Positions 39,185 to 49,210 of a stretch of 64,000 bases of DNA are shown piece by piece (the stretch's first letter is position 1; every line of letters begins with the position of its first letter). The stretch lies in the NCBI GenBank assembly GCA_038733315.1, contig JAVYPJ010000001.1:107469-171468 (forward strand). Direction: 5' to 3'. The notes below the pieces were generated by a model, which saw only the letters and a program-made list of their open reading frames with translations, had not been told where the DNA came from and did no database searches. This DNA comes from Candidatus Aenigmatarchaeota archaeon. GTDB lineage: Archaea > Aenigmatarchaeota > Aenigmatarchaeia > CG10238-14 > SpSt-28. The position numbers were made by a program, and so were the translations under genes.

Positions 39185-40107
39185 AATACTATATCTACCT
39201 TTGCTAAACAATATGGACACCTTAAGTAATTATTTAGTTTTATTTCTTTATTTTCTCTATCTACAATAACGTTTTTGCAGTTATAACATAAAACATTTCT
39301 TTCTGTAGGAATGTATACAAACCTTAAACCATTTCTTTCAGCAACATCCTTTAGTTCTAATAATTCATATATATTCTCTTCGTTCTTCTTAACTATATGA
39401 AACGGAATTGCCGGAGATAATTCGTTTATTATAAACTCACTGAATTCTTGAAGAGAATCTTTGTTATAGTTATTTGTTAAAATGTTTAGTATCTCTATAT
39501 GTAATTTTTGTTTATATAAATATAATATAGTTTTTCTAAGCGTTTCTACATCTTCTAATCCATTTTCTTTATAGAATTTTTCATCCAAAAAGTTATAAAC
39601 CCTTATTTGAACCGCAGAAAAATACTTTCTAAACAGTTTTGAAAGTATAGGTAAAAAATATGCGTTTGTAGAAAAAACATTCACTAATCCAGCCCTAAAA
39701 GCATATTTTGCTATTTTATACATAGTCTCAAAAAAAATTATTGGCTCCTGTTTATAAAAGAATAGTATTTTATTTCCAGTTTCCTTTACCTGCTCTATAA
39801 ACTCTTCTGTTTTTATTTCTTCTAAATCTTTTTCTTCTATGGAATTTTCATCTAAGTTACAGTTTGTCCCAATAGAATTTATTACAGTAACTTTACTAAA
39901 AGGTTTGAAATGAAAAATATTAAGATTTTCTATATCTTCATAAAAAAAGTTTATTTTCATATAATTGGAAGCTATCAAAGTATTTCTTTTTTTCTCTCTA
40001 ACTTTACAGAATCCTATTGGTTTTTTACTCGTCAATAAACATCTCCTTAAACATAATTTGCATCTTATTTTATTGCCAGCTTCAACACTCCATAAAAAAG
40101 CCCTCAT
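39181..40107 (-). CDS. Degenerate AmmeMemoRadiSam / PFL-activating-like radical SAM homologue
   Basis: CKLCLRRC..GFCKVR, IFHFKP, EPII, STNAY, IPFH, CYNC..CPYC, but no CX3CX2C. Confidence 0.72.
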   Translation of the reverse strand: MRAFLWSVEAGNKIRCKLCLRRCLLTSKKPIGFCKVREKKRNTLIASNYMKINFFYEDIENLNIFHFKPFSKVTVINSIGTNCNLDENSIEEKDLEEIKTEEFIEQVKETGNKILFFYKQEPIIFFETMYKIAKYAFRAGLVNVFSTNAYFLPILSKLFRKYFSAVQIRVYNFLDEKFYKENGLEDVETLRKTILYLYKQKLHIEILNILTNNYNKDSLQEFSEFIINELSPAIPFHIVKKNEENIYELLELKDVAERNGLRFVYIPTERNVLCYNCKNVIVDRENKEIKLNNYLRCPYCLAKVDIVL

Positions 40108-40145
40108 AATTATTATTACTATTTTGAAATAAATAAAATCTCGTA

Positions 40146-40871
40146 TTAATATATCTTTCTGGCTATTATTATGAATCCTGTATGAACAATCCCGATTGTT
40201 CTTGGTCTTAAATAATACTCAACTTGCCACTCCCTTACAAAACTTTCGATAACCTTTATATCAAAAAAATTATATTTTTTAACCTCCTCTACATTTTTTA
40301 CTAAGGTATCTACAACTGGACAAAAAATACAGAGATAGCCTCCATTCTTTAATAATTCAAATGCATGACATACAAAATCCTTAGAAGAATCTAAGTCCAA
40401 AAAAATTAAATCGAACTTCTCTTGATTTAAATATTTTTTATATTCAAAAACACTATCATTAATTAGCTCTATATATTCTTCTAAACCAGTTTTTTTTATA
40501 TTGCTCTTAGCAATATTATAAAACCTTTTGTCCTTTTCGAAAGTATAGATTTTGCAAGGTTTTAAGTACCAAGCAAATTGAATTGTTAAAAATGCGTTTC
40601 CAGTCCCAGCTTCTAAAATTATAGAGCCTTGCTTTATTCCTGTATACGCTAATATTATCATACCGTCTTTTGGTAAAATTGCTTGCGGTCCTCTCTTTAA
40701 TTTTGAAAGAATATCTAATAAATTTGGTTCACATACAGAAAATTTTATTCCTAAATGAGATTCTAAAATCTCTTTTTTATCCTCTATTTTTATTATGCCA
40801 TCCTTTGTATTTATTTCTTTTACATCATCATCTAATACATATTTAGAATTCTTAGAAATTAGAACCTTCAT
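40146..40871 (-). CDS. trmI: tRNA (adenine-N1)-methyltransferase TrmI
   Basis: KRGPQAILPKD, ILEAGTG, IFLD, VHTGFII. Confidence 0.9.
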   Translation of the reverse strand: MKVLISKNSKYVLDDDVKEINTKDGIIKIEDKKEILESHLGIKFSVCEPNLLDILSKLKRGPQAILPKDGMIILAYTGIKQGSIILEAGTGNAFLTIQFAWYLKPCKIYTFEKDKRFYNIAKSNIKKTGLEEYIELINDSVFEYKKYLNQEKFDLIFLDLDSSKDFVCHAFELLKNGGYLCIFCPVVDTLVKNVEEVKKYNFFDIKVIESFVREWQVEYYLRPRTIGIVHTGFIIIARKIY

Positions 40872-40878
40872 AAATAAA

Positions 40879-41271
40879 TTAAACTCTTCTTCCTCTTCTA
40901 GAGCATCTTCTCATATAACCATGGGGTATTGGTGTTACATCTTCTATCATTCCTATTTTTAATCCTGATTTAATTAGAGCTCTTAATGCAGCTTGTGCAC
41001 CCATACCTAATATTTTAGATTTTATACCACCTGGCGCTCTTAATCTTACATGCACATATGTAACACCTTTTGAAATCGCCTCTTCTGCAGCCTTTTTTGC
41101 AGCTAACATAGCTGGATATGGCTTTCCACCTTCTCTATCTTTATCTGTCATTTGGCCGCTAGAATATCTAGCAAAGGTATAAGTTCCTGTCAAATCTGTA
41201 ATGTGAACTATAGTTGAGTTTTTGCTACTAAATATATGCGCAATTCCCATTATTCCCTTTTTTTCCGCCAT
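40879..41271 (-). CDS. rps11: 30S ribosomal protein S11
   Basis: [33 protein letters not shown]. Confidence 0.96.
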   Translation of the reverse strand: MAEKKGIMGIAHIFSSKNSTIVHITDLTGTYTFARYSSGQMTDKDREGGKPYPAMLAAKKAAEEAISKGVTYVHVRLRAPGGIKSKILGMGAQAALRALIKSGLKIGMIEDVTPIPHGYMRRCSRRGRRV

Positions 41272-41309
41272 AATATAGTTGAAAAATTATTATAAATTAT
41301 TTAATTAGA

Positions 41310-41792
41310 TTATTTTACTTCTTTTAAACCTATTTTTTGTGGTTCTAAGAGTAATGTTATTTTATCCTCTTCGTTTTTTGGTACTAAATACGATGGAAAA
41401 TTTACTTTTCTGCCGTTAATAGCTATGTGGCCATGAACTATTAGCTGCCTTGCCTGCTTAATAGTATTTGCTAATCCTTTTTTATATACAATAGTCTGTA
41501 ATCTTCTTTCTAAAATGTTTTCGGCTGTTAAATTTAGTAAATCGTCTAATTTTGTTGCGTCTATAAATCCATATTTTTTTATCTTTTCAAGAATTTTTCT
41601 CTCTTCTTCTCTATCTGGATTTGCTGTTAGTCTTCTCGCAATTCTTCTGTATTTTCTGGCTATACTTTCTGCCCTCCAAACTTCCTTTTTTCTCCTTAGA
41701 CCATATTTTTTCATAAGCTCTTTTTCCTTCTCTATCCTTTCCTTATCCCATCTTTTTAATGGCTTTTCGTATTTAGTTTTTAACTTTCTCAT
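41310..41792 (-). CDS. rps4: 30S ribosomal protein S4
   Basis: [31 protein letters not shown]. Confidence 0.96.
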   Translation of the reverse strand: MRKLKTKYEKPLKRWDKERIEKEKELMKKYGLRRKKEVWRAESIARKYRRIARRLTANPDREEERKILEKIKKYGFIDATKLDDLLNLTAENILERRLQTIVYKKGLANTIKQARQLIVHGHIAINGRKVNFPSYLVPKNEEDKITLLLEPQKIGLKEVK

Positions 41793-42385
41793 TTCTTTTC
41801 TTTCTGGGCTTGTTGAGCTCTAGCCTCTTTACTCCTAACAACCCCAACAGTAGTACCTTTTCTAAAGTGGCTTCTTGTTCTTTGCCCTCTTACCGGTTGG
41901 CCTAACCTATGTCTCCAACCTCTATAAGTTCCGAGCTCTATTTCTCTTTTTACATCAAATTGTGTTTTCACCTTTATTTCGTCTCCAACTATATGATGAT
42001 CTTTTCCATCGAAAATATCCTTTCTCCTATTATATAACCAATTTGGTATTTCATATTTCTGTGGATTTCTAATTATATCTTCAAGAATTTGTAGATTTTC
42101 GTCGCTCAAATTTCCTATTGGAAAATTCTTACTTATGTTAGTAACGCTTTCAAAAACCTTACATACAGCATTGCCATAAGAAAAGCTTATTCCCTTAATT
42201 TTCCATATAGCCCTTCTTATAGGTAAAGTACCGTCTATGTCCGAATCTATTAATCTTACAACAGGTTTATCCACCTTTATTTCTTTAAGTTTTTTCTTTT
42301 TAGTTTTAACCTCTTCTATTTCCTTTTTTTCCTCTTCTCTGCTAATGGATTCCTTTTCCTTTAATTTTATAGTCCTCGTTCCCAT
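41789..42385 (-). CDS. rps13: 30S ribosomal protein S13 with charged N-terminal extension
   Basis: [33 protein letters not shown]. Confidence 0.95.
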   Translation of the reverse strand: MGTRTIKLKEKESISREEEKKEIEEVKTKKKKLKEIKVDKPVVRLIDSDIDGTLPIRRAIWKIKGISFSYGNAVCKVFESVTNISKNFPIGNLSDENLQILEDIIRNPQKYEIPNWLYNRRKDIFDGKDHHIVGDEIKVKTQFDVKREIELGTYRGWRHRLGQPVRGQRTRSHFRKGTTVGVVRSKEARAQQAQKEKK

Positions 42386-42428
42386 AATATTTTTCAAAAA
42401 TTTATATAAATTACGTTAACTTTTTATA

Positions 42429-43094
42429 ATGAAGCATGGAGATGTTGTGTATATAGATTATGTTGCTAGAATAAAAGATACAAACGAGATTTTTGATTTA
42501 ACAATAGAGGAAATTGCAAAAAAAGAGGGAATATATAATCCTGACTATATATACAAACCCATTCCAGTAGTTGTTGGTTTTGGTTTTGTTATAAAAGGAT
42601 TAGATGAAGAACTTGAAAGAATGAATGAAGGAGAAGAAAAAGAATTTGAAGTACAACCAGAAAAAGCCTTTGGGAAAAGGGATGAAAATTTAGTAAAAAC
42701 TTTTAATATTTCAGATTTTAAGAGACAAGATGTAGAACCAAGAGTTGGTGAATATATAACTATTAATGGTGTGTTAGGAAAAGTTTTAAGTGTTAGTGGA
42801 GGAAGGGTAACCATAGATTTTAATCATCCGCTAGCTGGAAAAACCTTAGTTTATAGAGTGAAAGTTGTTAAAAAAGCTGAAAATGAATTAGAAAAAGTTA
42901 AAGCTGTTTTGGAGTTTTTTACTAAAAAATCTGAAGATTATGAGGTTAAAGAGGATAAAGATAGCGATGCTATAATAATAGTTGATAAAAATATTGCTTT
43001 AACTCCTGAACAAAAAAAGAGTTTATTTGATGTAATTTCTAAAATAATCGAGAAAAAAAGAATAATTTTTATGAATATTTTAGAGAAAAAATAA
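42429..43094 (+). CDS. FKBP-type peptidyl-prolyl isomerase (SlyD-like)
   Basis: VIKGLDE, PEKAFG, IDFNHPLAGK. Confidence 0.93.
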   Translation: MKHGDVVYIDYVARIKDTNEIFDLTIEEIAKKEGIYNPDYIYKPIPVVVGFGFVIKGLDEELERMNEGEEKEFEVQPEKAFGKRDENLVKTFNISDFKRQDVEPRVGEYITINGVLGKVLSVSGGRVTIDFNHPLAGKTLVYRVKVVKKAENELEKVKAVLEFFTKKSEDYEVKEDKDSDAIIIVDKNIALTPEQKKSLFDVISKIIEKKRIIFMNILEKK

Positions 43095-43161
43095 AAAAGT
43101 ATTTTTACTGACCGCCAGTGCTACTGGTGATTGTTATTTTCTTTACTTTTGGGAAATTTGT

Positions 43162-43569
43162 TTAACATTTGTCTAACGGTAGTACTGTTACTCTTTTAAC
43201 TGCGCTAGAAATGCTGGAAATATCTATCTTTACCTGCGCAGTCTCACCCGGAGCTAGTGATTGTTCTAACGTTGCATTTTCATGAATAACACTTCCTTCT
43301 GTAAACTCTACTTTAATTAAGAAATTTTTTCCCAAATCTACACTTCCTATATTTGTGAAAATTACATTTAGCTCAGTATTATTTTTATAATAATCAACAT
43401 CTAACCTAGCTCCAATACATTCAAATAACTTTTCTTGCTCTCTTTCTGTACCACCAGTTAAACCGCCAAGGTATCCTGAGAGATATAAATATATTGCCAC
43501 TCCCATTCCTATGGTTACTACCACTAAGATTATTGTTGCTATATACGCTGATATAGCTCTTATTTTCAT
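43162..43569 (-). CDS. Archaeal type IV pilin
   Basis: Class III signal MKIRA|ISAYIATIILVVVTIGMG; NIGSVDL, LAPGE. Confidence 0.85.
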   Translation of the reverse strand: MKIRAISAYIATIILVVVTIGMGVAIYLYLSGYLGGLTGGTEREQEKLFECIGARLDVDYYKNNTELNVIFTNIGSVDLGKNFLIKVEFTEGSVIHENATLEQSLAPGETAQVKIDISSISSAVKRVTVLPLDKC

Positions 43570-43580
43570 AAAATTATATA

Positions 43581-43934
43581 CTATCCAATTAAACTTTTAA
43601 TAGTTCCACTTACCTTTAACAGCTTTATAATACATTTTTTGTTATTAATTTCATTTATTCTTCCTAATGCAAAATAAACGAAATGCTTAGATAAATGATT
43701 GCACTTGATTATTATAGTTTTTTCTTTTTCATTAAAAGTATCTTTAATTATTTTAAAAGAAAGTAAAAAACTTAATTTACCAAAAGTTTTCAAAATAGAA
43801 TTCCAAAATTCTTTTTCAATTTCGATATAATCTAACTTTTCTTCACAAATTATTTTAATTAATAAATATCTCTTTCTTTCTCTTAAAGTTGGTAATAACG
43901 TTTTTAACCTTTTAATTTTTCTATAGCTTGTCAT
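43581..43934 (-). CDS. RNase P protein Pop5/Rpp14
   Basis: LPTLRERKRYL, VSGTIK; follows Rpp30. Confidence 0.88.
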   Translation of the reverse strand: MTSYRKIKRLKTLLPTLRERKRYLLIKIICEEKLDYIEIEKEFWNSILKTFGKLSFLLSFKIIKDTFNEKEKTIIIKCNHLSKHFVYFALGRINEINNKKCIIKLLKVSGTIKSLIG

Positions 43935-44620
43935 ATTAATTCGACACCAGGCATTATCCACTTTTCACTTCTCTTTTTTCTATTTTCTTCTAATATATTT
44001 TCTATTCTTTTCCAGTTTTCTTTTATTTCTTTTTCCTCGAAGTCAAAAACATATTCTATGCTTTCAAAAAACTTAAAATCTTTAACATCAAACTTCTCTT
44101 TTGAAAAGCTAGCAATAAAAAAAGGTACTTTATATTTTCTACATAATTTACTTATTTCTAAAATTTTTTGGTACTCTTTGTTTTCTTCATATAGATTTTT
44201 AAATTTTAAAGAAGAAAAATCGATAACTATTCCTATGTTATTCAAAGCCGCTTTTTTTGCAAATATGTGATTAATTCCAATATCCTCTCTATTCTCGAAT
44301 GGATTAATTAAAAAATCTGAAAAAACATTTTGAACCGCTTCTCTATTTAATTTCAAATTTCCACCTCTAACTAAAAGAATATCAAAATTTTTTCTTTTTT
44401 TTACATTCATACACTTTAAATCTTTATAATTATTTTCTGTAAAAATTGCGCCACTAAAAATTTCTAAATTGGTATTTATTTTTTTTATTTCATTATCGAA
44501 TTCTTCAAAGTTTTTTATTTTACTTAATTCTTCGGCTATAATAACTTTCTTATAATCTAATATCTCTAGAAATTCTAATATTTCGATTGTTTTATTTGAA
44601 TAATAAACTATGTCTATCAT
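43931..44620 (-). CDS. RNase P protein Rpp30
   Basis: VRGGNLKLNREAV, GINHIFAKKAA, KYKVPFFIAS, WIMPGV. Confidence 0.85.
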   Translation of the reverse strand: MIDIVYYSNKTIEILEFLEILDYKKVIIAEELSKIKNFEEFDNEIKKINTNLEIFSGAIFTENNYKDLKCMNVKKRKNFDILLVRGGNLKLNREAVQNVFSDFLINPFENREDIGINHIFAKKAALNNIGIVIDFSSLKFKNLYEENKEYQKILEISKLCRKYKVPFFIASFSKEKFDVKDFKFFESIEYVFDFEEKEIKENWKRIENILEENRKKRSEKWIMPGVELI

Positions 44621-44621
44621 T

Positions 44622-45524
44622 TTAACAAAATACTTGAGTAATATAAATTTTGCCATCGCTAGTTATAAAAACTCCTATTCCTTCATCTCTCCAATGCTCA
44701 AATAAAATATTTTTTCTATGTCCCTCACTATTATACCAACCATTAGTAACTTCCTTAGCAAATTCTTCTAAGCTATAGAATTCGTATGAAATTATTTTTC
44801 CCGAAAATTTATCATAACTATAGCTTTTATAAATATATCCTAAAAACAAGTTTTCAGCTCCTTCATAAACATAGTTTCCAGCTAAAATTTTACACTCATA
44901 ACTAAACTTCTCAAACCTATCTGCTAAATTTTCTCCATCAATACTAATATGGTCAAAATAATTCCTTTCTGCCATATCTTTACTATGATATCTAGCTATT
45001 TCTCTCAGTTTTTCATTAAACTTTAAAATGCTTAAGTTATGCTCTGCTCTTATTTTATTTACATATTCATGAATTTTTAATTCTAAGAATTCGACACTTT
45101 GATTAAATTCTTTCAATTTCTCATAAAAAATTTCTTCGGTTGTCTCATACCTTTGGTAAACTAACGGATTAGATAATAAATTTTTAATTTTAATTTCTCC
45201 CTTAGAAACCTTTTCAGAAAAACCATCTATACCCAAAACAAAATCTAATTTTTTAAAATTTTCGTAAGAGGAAAAAAAATAAGTAAAAAGTATTATAAAG
45301 ACTAAAAATAGAAAGTTTTTTATAGGTAAAAACTCTTTTAACCTTTCTTCAAAAAAAATCCAAGATATATAAATTATAGAAAAAATAGTAGATCTTAAAA
45401 ATATTTTAAAATAATCAATAGAATCTATAAAAAAACTTAAAATCAATAAAAATGAGAAAACTATAAAGAAAATTTTAAAAAAACTATAGATTATTTTTTT
45501 ACTTGCCTCTATGTTTTTTTCCAT
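44622..45524 (-). CDS. Membrane-anchored CAP (SCP) domain protein
   Basis: Three N-terminal TM segments; ARYHSKDM, YFDH, AENL, WYNSEGHRKNI, TQVFC. Confidence 0.88.
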   Translation of the reverse strand: MEKNIEASKKIIYSFFKIFFIVFSFLLILSFFIDSIDYFKIFLRSTIFSIIYISWIFFEERLKEFLPIKNFLFLVFIILFTYFFSSYENFKKLDFVLGIDGFSEKVSKGEIKIKNLLSNPLVYQRYETTEEIFYEKLKEFNQSVEFLELKIHEYVNKIRAEHNLSILKFNEKLREIARYHSKDMAERNYFDHISIDGENLADRFEKFSYECKILAGNYVYEGAENLFLGYIYKSYSYDKFSGKIISYEFYSLEEFAKEVTNGWYNSEGHRKNILFEHWRDEGIGVFITSDGKIYITQVFC

Positions 45525-45532
45525 AAAATTAT

Positions 45533-46060
45533 TTACGCTCTTAAACCTCTTGCTTTTTTACCTGCGCTAGTTAACCCCCTAAATACTCTTCTTCTATGCT
45601 GCTTTTCACAAATCCAATTAATGTTTTTATCCGATTTTATAACAGGATGATTTTTATCAACCATTATTACTTCATACCATTTATACATACCATCTTCAGC
45701 AACATAATAACTATTTAATACCTCTAAATTTGGAAATTTTCTTTGAGCTCTTTCTTCTGCAATCCATCTTAATGATTTCCTTGGAGTAAAACGTCTTATT
45801 CCAGTGCTACCCGGTTTTTTACCGAGCATTCTTAGATAGGCCCTTCTACTTCTTCCGCCCTTTCTAACTCTTACCCTAACAATTATAAACCCTTGCTTAG
45901 CTTTATATCCAAGAGCTCTTGCTCTATCTAATCTTGTTGGCCTTTCTACCCTTACAATTGCTTCCTCTTTTCTCCATTGTTTTAACCTTTCCTTAAATAA
46001 TTCCTTCCTTAAATCTTTTTTCTTCCAATACTCCCTTAAAGATTTATATAAATTTAGCAT
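45533..46060 (-). CDS. rpl15e: 50S ribosomal protein L15e
   Basis: [33 protein letters not shown]. Confidence 0.97.
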   Translation of the reverse strand: MLNLYKSLREYWKKKDLRKELFKERLKQWRKEEAIVRVERPTRLDRARALGYKAKQGFIIVRVRVRKGGRSRRAYLRMLGKKPGSTGIRRFTPRKSLRWIAEERAQRKFPNLEVLNSYYVAEDGMYKWYEVIMVDKNHPVIKSDKNINWICEKQHRRRVFRGLTSAGKKARGLRA

Positions 46061-46105
46061 AAGATTATATCTAAAAACTTTAAATATTTATCTTTCTTTT
46101 ATTTT

Positions 46106-47188
46106 ATGGCAATAAAACAGCTTAGTGGAGAGGTAAAATTCACAGAAGTTGATGAGGAGCTAAGAAAATTTGTAGAAAAAAGAAAAACTCAAATAAAGGT
46201 TATTGGATGTGGAGGTGCTGGAAATAATACTATTTCTAGATTAATGCAAGTTGGAATTGTTGGTGCACAAACTATAGCGATAAATACTGATGCTATGGAT
46301 TTATTATACACAGATGCTGATATAAAAATACTTATCGGAAAAGAATTAACTGGCGGCCTAGGAGCTGGTGCTGATCCAAAGATAGGAATGGAAGCTGCAA
46401 AAGAAAGTAAAGAGGAAATAAAAGCTGCATTAAAGGGTGCTGATATGGTATTTATTACTGGTGGCTTAGGCGGTGGTACTGGAAGTGGAAGTGCGCCAAT
46501 AATTGCAGAAATAGCTAAAAAATTAGATGCTCTAGTTATCGGAATATTTACATTACCTTTCAAAATGGAGGGTAAGCAAAGGTGGGATAATGCCATGTGG
46601 GCTGTAGATTTACTTAAAGATTCTGTAGATACATTAATATTAATTCCTAACGATAAGTTACTTGAATTATATCCAGATGTTTCTATAGCCACTGCTTTTA
46701 AAATCGCTGACGAGCTTCTAGTAAATGGCGTAAAGGGTATTACAGAAATGATTACTAAGCCTGGATTAGTAAATAGAGATTTTGCAGACATAAGATCTAT
46801 AATGAAGGATGGTGGCTTAGCTTTAATTGGTATGGGTGAGAGTGATAGCGAAAATAGGGCAATAGAAAGCGTTCAGAGAGCTATTAATAATCCACTATTA
46901 AGTGTGGATGTTTCTAACGCAAAAGGGGCTTTAGTATCAATATTTAGTGGTCCAGATATAGCGCTTAAAGAAGTTAATCAAATACTAGAAGTTATTAAAG
47001 GAAAGATGGATGAAAGTGCAAAAATATTATGGGGAGTTCAGTTAGATAAAAACCTTGGAGATACTGTAAGAACAATGATAATAGTTACTGGCGTTTCTTC
47101 TCCCTTTATTTTAGGTCCTACACCAAAAGAGGATAAGAAAAAGTATAAAAAACCGATAGAAAAAGATTTAGGAATAGAATTTGTTTAG
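46106..47188 (+). CDS. ftsZ: Cell division protein FtsZ
   Basis: GCGGAGNN, GGLGGGTGSG, NRDFAD. Confidence 0.97.
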   Translation: MAIKQLSGEVKFTEVDEELRKFVEKRKTQIKVIGCGGAGNNTISRLMQVGIVGAQTIAINTDAMDLLYTDADIKILIGKELTGGLGAGADPKIGMEAAKESKEEIKAALKGADMVFITGGLGGGTGSGSAPIIAEIAKKLDALVIGIFTLPFKMEGKQRWDNAMWAVDLLKDSVDTLILIPNDKLLELYPDVSIATAFKIADELLVNGVKGITEMITKPGLVNRDFADIRSIMKDGGLALIGMGESDSENRAIESVQRAINNPLLSVDVSNAKGALVSIFSGPDIALKEVNQILEVIKGKMDESAKILWGVQLDKNLGDTVRTMIIVTGVSSPFILGPTPKEDKKKYKKPIEKDLGIEFV

Positions 47189-47193
47189 TTTTT

Positions 47194-47367
47194 ATGTTTA
47201 AAAAAATTATTGAATTTTTTAAAAGAATGTTTTATATAATAAAAATAGCTAAGAAACCTACTCAATCTGAAATAAAAAAACTCCTAAAATTCATTTTATT
47301 TTTGATCTTTTCCATAGGGATTTTGGGGTTTATTTTTTATTCTATAGAGTTATTATTAAATCTTTAA
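47194..47367 (+). CDS. secE: Protein translocase SecE / Sec61-gamma (57 aa, not in ORF track)
   Basis: MFKKIIEFFKRMFYIIKIAKKPTQSE...IGILGFIFY; conserved ftsZ-secE-spt5-rpl11 position. Confidence 0.88.
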   Translation: MFKKIIEFFKRMFYIIKIAKKPTQSEIKKLLKFILFLIFSIGILGFIFYSIELLLNL

Positions 47368-47377
47368 CGATAATATT

Positions 47378-47824
47378 ATGCAAATATTTGTTATAAGAAC
47401 AATAGGTGGGAAGGAAGAAAGTATTATAGAAATGATAGCTAATAAAGCAATCTCTCAAAATCTGCAAATATATTCAGCGCTTAAAATAGAGGAGCTTAAG
47501 GGGTATGTGTTTATAGAAGGTGAAGAAGATGATGTTATGAAAGTTATAAAAGAAATTCCGCATATAAGAAGTGTTTTAGAAAAAAGAATTACCTTAGATG
47601 AGTTAAAAAAATACATAAAAGTAGAGGAGAAAAAAGAAATTATTCCTGAAATTAATGATATAGTTGAGATTATAGGGGGGCCATTTAAAGGATTAAGAGG
47701 AAGAATTACAAAAGTTGACGAGATTAAGGGAGAGGTTACGATAGAATTGCTGGATGTTGCTGTAAGTTTGCCCGTAACGATTAATCTAGAATTGATAAAA
47801 GTTATAGAGAAGAAAAATAAATAG
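47378..47824 (+). CDS. spt5: Transcription elongation factor Spt5/NusG
   Basis: KGYVFIE; KOW motif VEIIGGPFKG. Confidence 0.95.
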   Translation: MQIFVIRTIGGKEESIIEMIANKAISQNLQIYSALKIEELKGYVFIEGEEDDVMKVIKEIPHIRSVLEKRITLDELKKYIKVEEKKEIIPEINDIVEIIGGPFKGLRGRITKVDEIKGEVTIELLDVAVSLPVTINLELIKVIEKKNK

Positions 47825-47859
47825 TTTATAAATTCTTTGCCTTAGATATATTTAAACTT

Positions 47860-48378
47860 ATGAACGATGAAAAAGATATAATAGAATTTTTAGTAGAGGG
47901 CGGAAAAGCGTCGCCTGGACCAACAACAGCTCCTAAGTTATCCACATATAAACTAAATGTTGGAGAAGTTTTTTCTAAAATAAACCAGTTAACAAAAGAA
48001 TTTGTAGGTATGGAAGTTCCAGTAAGAATAATTATAGATAAACAAACTAAAAAGTATGAAATCGAAATTGGTTTACCATCTACTTCTAGCTTGCTAAAAA
48101 AAGAAGCTAAAATAGATGTAGCAAAAATAACCAAAGAAGAGGCCGAAAAGGGAAAAAAATATGTAGCAAATATACCTTTTGAAAGTGTTTTAAAAGTTAC
48201 TAAAATAAAGGAAAAGGAGTTAGAGGGAAATTCTATAAAAAGTAAGATAAAACAAGTCTTAGGAACTTGTGTTTCTCTACATTTTACTGTAGATAATAAA
48301 GATCCTAGGGAAATTATAAAATACGTAGATGAAGGAAAATATGATGAATTGATTAGTAAATATTTTTCAAAAGCATAA
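47860..48378 (+). CDS. rpl11: 50S ribosomal protein L11
   Basis: VEGGKASPGP, GMEVPV, VLGTCVS. Confidence 0.93.
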   Translation: MNDEKDIIEFLVEGGKASPGPTTAPKLSTYKLNVGEVFSKINQLTKEFVGMEVPVRIIIDKQTKKYEIEIGLPSTSSLLKKEAKIDVAKITKEEAEKGKKYVANIPFESVLKVTKIKEKELEGNSIKSKIKQVLGTCVSLHFTVDNKDPREIIKYVDEGKYDELISKYFSKA

Positions 48379-48561
48379 ATGAAGGAATTTTGGTTTATAT
48401 TTGGATTGGGTTTATTAATATACCTCTATTTAATTTTTGTCGGCGAAAAACACGAACTTTTATCTATATTACCTACATACTCTTTAATAGGGGTTTTTGC
48501 ATACTCTTTCGAGAAAAAATACCTTAGAAAAAAATATCGTGTTGTAGAAATTGAAGAATAA
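48379..48561 (+). CDS. Small membrane protein (hypothetical)
   Basis: 60 aa, two hydrophobic segments, abuts the rpl11 stop codon. Confidence 0.55.
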   Translation: MKEFWFIFGLGLLIYLYLIFVGEKHELLSILPTYSLIGVFAYSFEKKYLRKKYRVVEIEE

Positions 48562-48581
48562 ACAATTTATAATTTTATTTA

Positions 48582-49208
48582 ATGGTAATTATGGATTTCG
48601 AAGTCTTAAAAACAAAAATAGAGGAAGCCATTAAAAATAAGGAAAGAAGGAATTTTAAACAAAGTGTAGAGTTGATTGTGGTTTTGAAAAATGTTGAAAT
48701 AAAGGAGCTTAAAAACAAAATACAAAATGTTATGTTATCGCACTATAATAATTCTAGAGTTGTTCTTTTTAGCGAAATAAGAAGGGATGATATTAAGGAT
48801 GTAAAAAATATTACTCTTAAAGACATTGAAAATATTTCGAAAAGTAAAAGAGAAAGTAAAAAATTTGCAAGAAGTTTTGATTTTGCACTAGCCGAAACTA
48901 AACTACTTACAACCATAGGTAAAGTTTTAGGAAAATTTCTTGCGCCATTAGGTAAAATGCCTATGCCTATAACAGATGAAAAAAGACTAAACGATACTAT
49001 AGAAAAGCTTAGAAAATGTATTAGAGTGAATTTAAAGCAGAATCAAATTCAGCTAAAAATAGGAAAAGAAGATATGAAAATAGACGAAATATTTGAAAAT
49101 GCTAAGGAAGCTTTAAATCAAATTATGTCTGTTCTTCCAGAAGGCGATAGGAATATTAAGAAAATATACGTAAAACTTACTATGAGCAAGCCGATTAGAG
49201 TACTATAA
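48582..49208 (+). CDS. rpl1: 50S ribosomal protein L1
   Basis: RNFKQSVEL, LGKFLAPLGKMP, YVKLTMS. Confidence 0.93.
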   Translation: MVIMDFEVLKTKIEEAIKNKERRNFKQSVELIVVLKNVEIKELKNKIQNVMLSHYNNSRVVLFSEIRRDDIKDVKNITLKDIENISKSKRESKKFARSFDFALAETKLLTTIGKVLGKFLAPLGKMPMPITDEKRLNDTIEKLRKCIRVNLKQNQIQLKIGKEDMKIDEIFENAKEALNQIMSVLPEGDRNIKKIYVKLTMSKPIRVL

Positions 49209-49210
49209 GC

